DNA of 25,943 bases from a virus (taxonomy: Duplodnaviria > Caudoviricetes), in IMG/VR virus record IMGVR_UViG_3300020442_003920, positions 1 to 25,943 of that record. One strand, given 5' to 3'. Both the position numbers and the translations under genes were made by a program. Below, piece after piece: positions 20,901-25,745 of this stretch. The number at the start of each line of letters is the position of its first letter. Position 1 is the stretch's first letter. Below the pieces are notes generated by a model. It was given only the letters and a program-made list of their open reading frames with translations. It ran no database searches and was not told where the DNA came from.

Positions 20901-22208
20901 ATTATAGAACCAGCTATTGAATTTTTTATCATTTTGATCTATTTTTTCTCCCAGATGTCTTACATCAATTCTATCTCCACCAGAAAACAATTTAGTGGTA
21001 TCAGAGTTTTTGGCGGATCCTAAAATAGAACCGACAATCCTCATTTTTACTGGTTTTGCCAGATCATTATCCTCAAAACCATAAAGATATACACCATCAA
21101 TGATTGGACTATTCTCTGTTAATGTGGTTGAGAGTCCTACACAATTAAAAAATTGATTACTAGACTTTCCGCTATAATCTACCTTTGCATATGATCCAAA
21201 ATTTGTTAAATTATAAAAACTCCCAGATTCTGGAAATCCAATCGTAGAATCTACAGTCAATGTAGTATTATTACTATTAGTTCCTAATACCTTAGTTCTC
21301 TTACTTACAGATAATGGGTTGGTAATCGACCCATTTGATATGAATAATTTGTAATATATTTTATTTCCTAAAGAAACTTGAGTAACTCTAGAAATTGTTG
21401 CTTTTGATGTTGGATTTATAAGTGAATTTTCTAAAACAGTGGTAGCAGCAAGTTTTGATGGATCTCCATCAATCTGCTCAACTATAATATTGTCAGTAAT
21501 CGACCAATCTGCAGAAGATGCTAAAATGGTATTGTCAAATGGTTTTACAACATCAATAGTTTTTCCAAAAAGAACACTGAACAAAATCTTCAGTGAAGAA
21601 TCAGTTCCTTTTGAACTATAAAAATCTCTTGCCCTAGAAAGAATATTATCTACATTAACACTTGTAAATTGTCTCTCTTCAAATCCAGGTAAAAACTGAG
21701 ATTTATACTTTCTATAAAATTCTTGTAAAAATACTAAACTAAGATTTTGAACAACAGAATTTACATCATGACTATCTGTTGAAGTTGAATTGAAATTCAA
21801 AAATTCTGGTTGAAGTTCACCTTCAATCCTATCAATTCCACTAAATCCTCTAATACAACCTGTAAAACTAGTATTTGTCTTTCCAGTATATGTAATAATT
21901 TCACTATTGATTTTAATTAATCCATAAGTGTTTGGAAAACCTGCAGTTGATGATACATTGATAACATCATCAAGGTCTAAAACCTCTTGAGTTACTGTTA
22001 CTGGTACAGCAGCATATGTGAGTCTAGAAAATGACTCAATATCTTTTAAATCGCCAATACGACCAGCAAGATCACTAGTTCCATATTCATGTTCTTCAGA
22101 AATGTAATACTGTTGCAAAAATTCTTTGAACAGAGGACTTTCTGCCTGAATAAATTCTGGAATCTGGCTATCCAGAATGCTAGAGATTTTTACCTTTTTA
22201 TCTAACAT
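11952..22208 (-). CDS. gp7: Giant baseplate wedge initiator gp7-like protein with many inserted repeat domains (3418 aa)
   Basis: Lies between gp6 and gp8. N-terminal QIPEFI..ESPLF.EFL..YY and DFYSSKGT..SLKILFSVLFG motifs. The gp7-type IHDSDYYQRFAYSIR...W...HTSG block is at about aa 2334-2390. Also a YHYH-family block and many beta repeats. Confidence 0.85.
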   Translation of the reverse strand: MLDKKVKISSILDSQIPEFIQAESPLFKEFLQQYYISEEHEYGTSDLAGRIGDLKDIESFSRLTYAAVPVTVTQEVLDLDDVINVSSTAGFPNTYGLIKINSEIITYTGKTNTSFTGCIRGFSGIDRIEGELQPEFLNFNSTSTDSHDVNSVVQNLSLVFLQEFYRKYKSQFLPGFEERQFTSVNVDNILSRARDFYSSKGTDSSLKILFSVLFGKTIDVVKPFDNTILASSADWSITDNIIVEQIDGDPSKLAATTVLENSLINPTSKATISRVTQVSLGNKIYYKLFISNGSITNPLSVSKRTKVLGTNSNNTTLTVDSTIGFPESGSFYNLTNFGSYAKVDYSGKSSNQFFNCVGLSTTLTENSPIIDGVYLYGFEDNDLAKPVKMRIVGSILGSAKNSDTTKLFSGGDRIDVRHLGEKIDQNDKKFNSWFYNNISFTNVDSVVPASNSITTEVNHYLHVGDRVDILLKETKGPVVLNAQVTSVNSSLEFQIGSGTLQSGIPYVVKKKLNFVPTNLLSEGVLSNIQNSFVDKDKNTYVAFSGYPSYDVDTTNRSKAATVGVATGTYYVHVVDPNNIRLALSQSSIENVSFATTSINVNAHGFLNGEKVYVNQTSITPSSLHGSSLINQNNFKKINKTPKPAVDHKDIIGAVGVSLNGVEFDSPISSDAIFYGQIEQVNILNSGSEFDIINAPQVSVADTIGSGSIVHGNFEGSIEGVVLTNPGFDYIETPSVTISGGNGSSSVCEARLRGFTHSSSFTDFNVNLLTDRVTITNEHKFLDGEEVTYVASGTPVGIGSTAVGFSTDRLSSGATYFIAKHDNTSYSLATSKADALAKTNLIDFNAFGNQDHTLRSRQIRKVIDKIVVNESSNDFSNKKVIVDGIAWPPSDQKNIFSSFVGVNTANNYIYARNHKFKNGDNVVYSVDGTPITGLATTSYYKVTVLDNHRFKLSEAGTASSITSVNYDNKIYADLSSVGVGTHTFKYPDIVVTINGLVSVGETTSVPSYYNATATPVVRGGLESVFIRSGGIGYGSTNIVNYNKTPQIKVLTGKDADIRPLVSAGKIQSIYIADGGSEYTTPPTVRVVGKGRLAELTATTVNGVITAINIIDGGSGYDDDTVIEVIPTGKDVKLNSEIHEWKINNVQRYSNVLSNVLYKDLVQTKSTSSSRQNKLVSFYPGKFYRNLLSDNIVTQGGGVLAEKTTGLSHSPIIGWAYDGNPIYGPYGNGKAIPDNTGTGGIKKIYSSYEIDVVTIPGLRPPGLTNGYFAQDYVYKASGDLDEYNGRYLVNSDFPNGTYAYFSTLDVNGNLAYPYITKSHYNHSDEFNYNLSVNQLDNYLNSGDYKRNISHLGLNDPSRDYPFLSEILESRSHVEVSAVKSSRIDSITIENSGKNYKVGAQINLSDTSIDAEVEEILGKNIDSITTTDSVVENIILSVKDNTITGISTLPHGFVDSDIVEISGISSSLYKNIEGFRTVGITTVSTTLSAGIAATTVTGFSTSIQLSESTITRKFSKGDVITVGNEQMLITNVDIVNNKYKVTRSHNNTTASAHNNGVAVEKVPTRFTFEFGTKLENKNIDLGYKQTFDAPKSVGIGTTYSSVVVGTAGSTNVTVSIPPRAIYLPNHRFKTGDKVEYVSAGGSIFASPNFALTNTFLLDDVASSLYTVKFAKDFVGITTSKAGVASSSYIYFTGSNGTNHSFEVEKENLTAVAKKVSAQVVLDTQHTLKVKDEVRLNVTPSRTQEYAFKFNSVQKKLVVNPVSFASTAVAIGSTSEITIEGHDFETGDIVIYTNSVGIATPLQNNREYYVIKISDDKIKLSDSKADISKFPYDNITISNQGHGTHEISKVNPRLEFYKGGKVSIAASHPSLIDYDINFYTDKEFKSRYESTLIRKVGTFGNSNTSTVISIDVSENLPKELFYRIEGDGIKYTNTYPSSADTDVDFYSNISVVESKYNKKHRITGVGSTTFNFTLVGSAETTSYTSAGFSSAFYSTSSSFEQGGIHSVKVVNPGKYLKGLPIVTSIASTTGSAAILKVNASEIGQIIDDKVIEQGIEFLEDKTLAPKADSNVILKLKNILTLRSIGITTGGRNYTSAPIVVAIGNSNIQTRTTLQSNSVFDVEIISNDSNLNEDLRIVPTVNSNGVRVTNAVSNLATNTLSLRAPNAGFTTANPFPFAINDKIYVENIKITNSADGYNSSDYDYRYFTVTGINTISGTESVSYSIAGIGSTGGSFDATNSFGRVIKADELAVFTPEFEKVQFLENEKIIVNNGDASGLVALNGWDPQTETLKVKKVSEPFKKGDIIRGQVGNFKATVEDVFEFDFDLNVGSTVEDVSEWKDDIGKLNSSLQHIHDSDYYQRFAYSIRGEVAYEHWKESVNSLDHTSGYKNFSDLQVLNGAGTRVGMSITDTQLDLDVVIPSSASVHTRMFYDLASEDTNVANLSKFIIFDSKVITDYNESITNKVLMIDDISPQFTGYTTSIGGGIVGMSTFSIATGGDTVFYHTFDPASINTSTNTITIPRHNFNTGERLLYSPTNKSQNTGTTIGIDTTSSPGIGIAATDKLPSTVFAIKVTDDQFKLAIGSSEASAGTAVTFMSVTGIGSTHSLAVPSDLATSRSIITVDNIIQSPVARKDVSIGLSQAVGIGSTTVTVNDISNIKGKSLIKIEDEILKVQLVGVGLTNRLAVIRGQMGTVAAAHTVGAATTVLSGDYRIDHGKLYFTDVPYGPTGIGSLTTRSTFSGRAYYRLDYTTNKILDDISEEFDGSTNQFDLQENGQTVTGISSAFGAILIDNIFQKPFFGDVGSIQNSDYRLTGVGQTINFTGTGPNGDLPKGGIINEFSVGIGSGYQVPRQALAVASVSSGSIQSIGLSTGGSGYLSAPRVSIADTLGVGIGASVIANVFAGVVTSFTIATSGSGYSAANPPLVTIDAPAPYTNLDLVGGNGSGAKMDVVVGTGGSIVNFKMSDRGSGYEVNDVLTLSGLPFNTVGIGTSNFVVTVVNKYQDKFAGWAFGQLLELDDFSNQFNGFKKSFLLTRTKTNKEYYSIVAQQGSGIILANNLLIFLNDVLQKPNIDYVFTSGTRLEFREAPKFGSKFKIYFYTGSASDFREIDVDQSIKPGDRLRLQRQGNIFSQDQRIIYELIAADTVETETYGGVGIVTDSTFKRPVEWTKQTSDLIIDGIIISKDRDYLEPQYFPASNLIAPFDETSTKMYINDSWAFQNVDNLGQTLNDVRVVGVGTTVVVEEFKNVTYSGDYGVIVSIGASTSGINTTTPMIEFDLRPSDVIYDSGGGAGTVSRPGITTGDYFVIRNTTLGAGVTSIIGDVNSVVAISTNFVDNVYYASKVTSIGAGTSTIRVSANVKSLAGINTANQPNSGTFGTYSWGTINTGTRSVATAKSFTFYNQNGIAGIETSAHVSRLLQLKVSY

Positions 22209-22211
22209 TTC

Positions 22212-24095
22212 TTATCGTGTATATTTTGTGTTGCTAATGAAACTTGATGGTGGATTGTAAGATACTCCAGATCTATTTGATCCAGAAGAAATCAGATCTT
22301 CTTTAAGTGTTAATACACTTTTTCCTGTAGTATCTAGGACGATATAAAGATTCTCTTTTGCGACGATATCATTAGATTCTGGAGTCACTTCAATTTCAAT
22401 TCTATTTTCTAGAGCAGTAGATGTAATTGTCACTGGATAGATGATAATTTCACCTTTAATGTAGTCAACTTTACCAACATCTTCATTGATATACTTAACA
22501 ACTCCGTCATCCAGGCTGAAAAACTGAACCACACCAGTTTTTCCGTCAGGATCTGGTAAATCTGTCAGATATACTGTTCCTTCAACTCCATCGAGTGTAA
22601 ATCCAGTTGATCTAATGTTGAAACCTTCCAAATCAGCGTGGAACTGATTTGCATAACAGACCTCATAGTTTGCAAGAGCATTGTATGCAGGAACCATGTT
22701 CCTTCTCATCACAAGTTTTGTAATGTTGGATGTAATCGCCCTATCAACTTGGTCAATCTGTGAAAGCAGTTTGCTATACTTTAATCTTCCACCAAACGAA
22801 TTGATATCTGAAGATCTGGAATAATTCTCAATGGACTTTACAATCCTGCTGTATAAATCATCTGAACTGCTAATGAAACTTGGATCATATGAAACAGTTG
22901 AATCATACTCAACATACAAATATTTCAGATCTAAGAATTCTTGTTTAATTCCAGCAATCGTATATTTCTTCAGATCATTTTTGATTGATTCTTTTGCAAC
23001 ATCTGAAAGGAACTCACCATTTTTTGGTTTGATTGTGATGAAAACTTTTCCATATTGTGGTGGATCAAGTTCTTCACCACCATATGCACTCACAGAATCA
23101 ATATTTGGATATAAGAAAGGTATCAGACTAGCGTAATCATTCGCTGTAACCGCTCTGTACTGTGATGCATAGACCCTAGGAGCAAGGTATTTGATGGTAT
23201 CAATACTTTCTATGTCATCACCGTTTTCTGCCGCTTGTAGGGTCGTTATAGCGGAGATGCCAGTGGATACTTTATACTCATTTCCTGCCTTAGAGTAGGT
23301 AAGAGCACCAGAAAAAGTGAAGTTTCTAGCACCATCTGCTGCCGCTCCACTACTCACAAGATATGTCACCTCAATGGTCGAACCATTTTCAGGTTTTTTA
23401 CCTAAAATGTTGTCTCCGAAGAGAATTTGATATCTTTCGTCGTCAATTTCTTGTGTAAGGAACAATCTAGTTGTTGGACTTACATTAAAAATGTTTGTAT
23501 ATGGTGAATATTCTTCTGTTGCTGTGTTAGTTACCGAAACACGAATCGTAGAAGTGTCAATATTTCGATTTGGGAGGATATATTTCGCATCTGGTTGAGA
23601 ATCATCAACTGTAAAGGTCTTTTTCAGTAAATTTCCTTCATAAATTTTGATTCCTGAGAAAGCCGCAATCCCATTTACATCTGGAGTGACTGTAATATCG
23701 TCTGGAATTGAAAAAATGTAGTTTGAGTTCTCTGCTCCACCTAATGCAACAACGCCTTTCTTTAATTTTGCCGATCTTGCATCAAGTCCACTTAAATTTG
23801 CGGTAAAAGTGATGTCTGCAGTTGCTGATTTCGTCGATCTTGGGACATATCCGATGTTTCTCGCTAATGAAACGACATTTTCACGCAATGTTGCGCTATC
23901 AATGAACGATTCATTGACTGCCATGCTAGTATTGTAGGCAGTAATGTAAGAATTATATGCTAATGTATCAATCAGAACAGAAAAGTTCGACCCTTCAAAG
24001 TCAAAATCCGTGAAGTTACTGTTCGCTCTCAGATATTCCTTAATCTGAGATCGCAAATCATTGAAATCGAGGTTAGTAAACTGATTGAATGACAT
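22212..24095 (-). CDS. gp6: Baseplate wedge subunit gp6 (627 aa)
   Basis: FTNLDFNDLRSQIKEYL...FTDFDFEGSNFSVLIDTLAYN, DSATLRENVVSLARNIGYVP, RAVTANDY, GGEELDPPQYGKVFI. TAATG overlap with gp25. Confidence 0.95.
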   Translation of the reverse strand: MSFNQFTNLDFNDLRSQIKEYLRANSNFTDFDFEGSNFSVLIDTLAYNSYITAYNTSMAVNESFIDSATLRENVVSLARNIGYVPRSTKSATADITFTANLSGLDARSAKLKKGVVALGGAENSNYIFSIPDDITVTPDVNGIAAFSGIKIYEGNLLKKTFTVDDSQPDAKYILPNRNIDTSTIRVSVTNTATEEYSPYTNIFNVSPTTRLFLTQEIDDERYQILFGDNILGKKPENGSTIEVTYLVSSGAAADGARNFTFSGALTYSKAGNEYKVSTGISAITTLQAAENGDDIESIDTIKYLAPRVYASQYRAVTANDYASLIPFLYPNIDSVSAYGGEELDPPQYGKVFITIKPKNGEFLSDVAKESIKNDLKKYTIAGIKQEFLDLKYLYVEYDSTVSYDPSFISSSDDLYSRIVKSIENYSRSSDINSFGGRLKYSKLLSQIDQVDRAITSNITKLVMRRNMVPAYNALANYEVCYANQFHADLEGFNIRSTGFTLDGVEGTVYLTDLPDPDGKTGVVQFFSLDDGVVKYINEDVGKVDYIKGEIIIYPVTITSTALENRIEIEVTPESNDIVAKENLYIVLDTTGKSVLTLKEDLISSGSNRSGVSYNPPSSFISNTKYTR

Positions 24096-24496
24096 TATAG
24101 TCTAGATGGTTGTAAGATAAACTCTACATTCTGTGTAGGGATGGGTAATCCAGTGATGTCATATTCAATCTGAACCAATACAGTGTTTGTGTCAGGTTCA
24201 GATTCCACATAAACATTGGTCAGTTTGATCCTAGGTTCAAAGTTTTCCAATAATGTTATGATTTCTTCCCTTACTTCATCACCAACATACCCATTATTAA
24301 GTTCAAAAAGTGTATTGTAAATGGATGTGCCCAGTAAATCGTTAAAAAACCTCTCATCGAGACGAGTTTGAACTAAATTTACTACGGATTTCTTGATCGC
24401 ATCCTCATTTTTCAAGACAGTTACATCATTTGTGATTGGATGTCTCTTAAATGCAAGACTTATATCTCTAAATCCGCGAGAAATCTGTACGGTCAT
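24095..24496 (-). CDS. gp25: Baseplate wedge subunit gp25 (GPW/gp25 family, 133 aa)
   Basis: FRDISLAFKRHPITND...NEDAIKKSVVNLVQT...ERFF...LG...LFE...FEPRI; directly upstream of gp6. Confidence 0.93.
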   Translation of the reverse strand: MTVQISRGFRDISLAFKRHPITNDVTVLKNEDAIKKSVVNLVQTRLDERFFNDLLGTSIYNTLFELNNGYVGDEVREEIITLLENFEPRIKLTNVYVESEPDTNTVLVQIEYDITGLPIPTQNVEFILQPSRL

Positions 24497-24532
24497 CCAT
24501 TTAAATACACTTTAACATACTATCTATAATGG
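24497..24532 (-). promoter_or_regulatory. Imperfect RNA hairpin ending at the nucleotide before the gp25 AUG
   Basis: Minus-strand CCAUU(A)UAGAUA pairs with UAUUUAAAUGG: 11 bp including one G-U, with one bulged A. The AUG follows immediately. Confidence 0.5.
24521..24528 (-). promoter_or_regulatory. Late promoter variant TATAGATA
   Basis: 7/8 match to TATAAATA, 24 nt upstream of the gp25 ATG. Confidence 0.6.
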
Positions 24533-24539
24533 TTTTCAG

Positions 24540-24547
24540 TATTTATT
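24540..24547 (-). promoter_or_regulatory. Late promoter variant AATAAATA
   Basis: 7/8 match, intergenic, just after the stop of the 73-aa ORF. Confidence 0.6.
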
Positions 24548-24552
24548 TGTAA

Positions 24553-24774
24553 TCAATATCGATCTGGAATGTCTCTATACTCCTCTGGAGAGAAAATTTC
24601 TCCTTCGGAAAGGGTTTCAGTGCGTTTTGCTTTATGATGCATCACTTCATTCAGTTCCATTTCCTCTGGATCTTCTGTTTTATGAGGCAAAGACCAATAA
24701 TCTGTCATCAAACTCGTTGTCCCCCACATTGCTTTCATGTATTCTGTGTTACGGTCTACAGGTGAATTACCCAT
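24553..24774 (-). CDS. Hypothetical protein (73 aa, acidic C-terminal half)
   Basis: AGGAG SD 4 nt before the ATG, an 8-nt overlap with the upstream stop, and an upstream late-promoter box. Confidence 0.8.
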   Translation of the reverse strand: MGNSPVDRNTEYMKAMWGTTSLMTDYWSLPHKTEDPEEMELNEVMHHKAKRTETLSEGEIFSPEEYRDIPDRY

Positions 24775-25498
24775 TTGTCTCCTGATCAGTTGAATCAGAA
24801 CTTTTTAAGGGGTTGCCATCCCTCGAATCGTATTTATTTTGTGGATATTCTTCCCTCTCTCCAGGTGTTGTCCAGAAGTAATCATCACAATCACCTAAAC
24901 GACCCCAAGATACACCATTTTCTACTTGATAGAACTCAGTAGAAACTTTAAAGTCAGGTATCTTGGGGTCTTCTGGAGTTAATGAGATGTCATAGATGCG
25001 ACATCTGTTATTTGGATACAGTGCATACTGACCATTGTACAGTTCAATCAAGTTAAATGACTTGTGTTCACTTGGAAGTTCACTGGTTGAATAGTCAATG
25101 ATGTCTGCATCACCGTGATAATTGTCTAAGGTACAAATATATTCACCTTTCATTGTACCAAAGTGTCGAGTGCGTATCTCCCACTCCATTGACCCTACAT
25201 GCTGCTTACACAGTGTAGTGACATCATGGTCCATACAGTTCCAAAACTGCAGGTTAGGGAGGTCTAGATCGGGGTCTGGTGTCTCTGGTTCTGCTACAAA
25301 GGCAGAAATCGGCAACTTATCAAACATTGCCGCATAATCTGGTAAGTATGTTTCAAAATAAAAGGCACGCCCTGGAAGACTTTTAGCAGCGATCCATATA
25401 CCTTTTACAAATTCACCATGTCCATACTCGTGATCACAAAGATATTCCTTACGAACCCAAGTATGAACTGCTGGTAAGTTAGTAATCAGTCTTGACAT
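24767..25498 (-). CDS. Phage hypothetical protein, function unknown (243 aa)
   Basis: Long ORF on the coding strand with globular, aromatic-rich composition (WVRKEYL.DH..GHGEF, QFWNCMD, EHKSFNLIEL.NGQYALYPNNR). Confidence 0.85.
   Translation of the reverse strand: MSRLITNLPAVHTWVRKEYLCDHEYGHGEFVKGIWIAAKSLPGRAFYFETYLPDYAAMFDKLPISAFVAEPETPDPDLDLPNLQFWNCMDHDVTTLCKQHVGSMEWEIRTRHFGTMKGEYICTLDNYHGDADIIDYSTSELPSEHKSFNLIELYNGQYALYPNNRCRIYDISLTPEDPKIPDFKVSTEFYQVENGVSWGRLGDCDDYFWTTPGEREEYPQNKYDSRDGNPLKSSDSTDQETNG
24779..24824 (-). promoter_or_regulatory. Candidate cis-regulatory RNA switch: pseudoknot versus SD-sequestering hairpin
   Basis: GAGGG-AUGGCAAC-CCCUU-AAAAA-GUUCUGAUU-CAACU-GAUCAGGAG-ACAA-AUG. 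The 8-bp hairpin UUCUGAUU/GAUCAGGA buries the SD, and its 5' arm can alternatively pair with the upstream loop. Confidence 0.5.
24831..24838 (-). promoter_or_regulatory. Late promoter variant AATAAATA, inside the 3' end of the 243-aa ORF
   Basis: 7/8 match, 56 nt upstream of the ATG at 24774. The predicted +1 falls at about the first nucleotide of the structured leader. Confidence 0.6.
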
Positions 25499-25500
25499 AT

Positions 25501-25524
25501 CATAGTTTACAAAACTAAACTATG
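25501..25524 (-). promoter_or_regulatory. Perfect 9-bp hairpin ending 2 nt before the AUG of the 243-aa ORF
   Basis: CATAGTTTA-GTTTTG-TAAACTATG fills almost the whole 28-nt intergenic gap. No U-tail follows it. Confidence 0.55.
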
Positions 25525-25526
25525 TA

Positions 25527-25673
25527 TCAACGACCTTGGCCACGATAACGCTTCTTTGCACCATTACGAGAAGATGCAGCGTACTTGGTGTGCTGTCCTG
25601 AACCTTGACGAGTCTTTTTGGGGGTAGACTCGATCATGTTCCCACCAATCAGAGACTTTTTAATCTTTGCCAT
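25527..25673 (-). CDS. Small highly basic protein (48 aa), probably nucleic-acid binding
   Basis: Below the ORF-track size cutoff. MAKIKKSLIGGNMIESTPKKTRQGSGQHTKYAASSRNGAKKRYRGQGR*: 13 K/R versus 1 acidic residue, all five Arg codons are CGT, and there is an A-rich leader. Confidence 0.85.
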   Translation of the reverse strand: MAKIKKSLIGGNMIESTPKKTRQGSGQHTKYAASSRNGAKKRYRGQGR

Positions 25674-25701
25674 AATTTGTTTTTTTCGCGGATTTTTTTG
25701 G

Positions 25702-25737
25702 AACGGGCGGTTTTTTCAGGTCTCCACCCATTAGACC
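25702..25737 (-). promoter_or_regulatory. H-type RNA pseudoknot in the 5' leader of the 48-aa basic protein gene
   Basis: S1 is GGUCU/AGACC. Its loop AAUGGGUGG is fully complementary (two G-U pairs) to downstream CCGCCCGUU. The linker is UGAAAAAA. Confidence 0.7.
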
Positions 25738-25745
25738 ATATAAGC

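Noticed and set aside
3096-22208. Inteins, introns or homing endonucleases explaining the giant ORFs
   Set aside because: The frames are uninterrupted, no Hint, LAGLIDADG, HNH or GIY-YIG motifs were noticed, and the length is accounted for by beta repeats.
24095-24496. Lysozyme activity for gp25
   Set aside because: The 'lysozyme' label for this family is a legacy annotation; it is a structural sheath-initiating wedge subunit, and no catalytic motif is evident.
24796-24824. Calling the element a canonical preQ1-I riboswitch
   Set aside because: The loop is only 8 nt and starts with A rather than the conserved U, the tail lacks the usual AAAAC-type ending, and there is no queuosine-related gene downstream. 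Kept only as an architectural analogy.
998-25337. Plus-strand ORFs and short alternative-frame minus-strand ORFs in the track (e.g. 4432-4896, 22831-23136, 3269-3526)
   Set aside because: All lie inside long, recognisable genes. The antisense frames stay open because of codon bias, their P/T/V-rich translations mirror the sense codons, and they have no expression signals.
25680-25716. Plus-strand GGGCGG followed by TTTTTT as a terminator, or the three T-tracts as bent DNA
   Set aside because: There is no matching upstream arm on the plus strand, and tract spacings of 13 and 18 nt are not helically phased. The minus-strand pseudoknot explains the sequence better.
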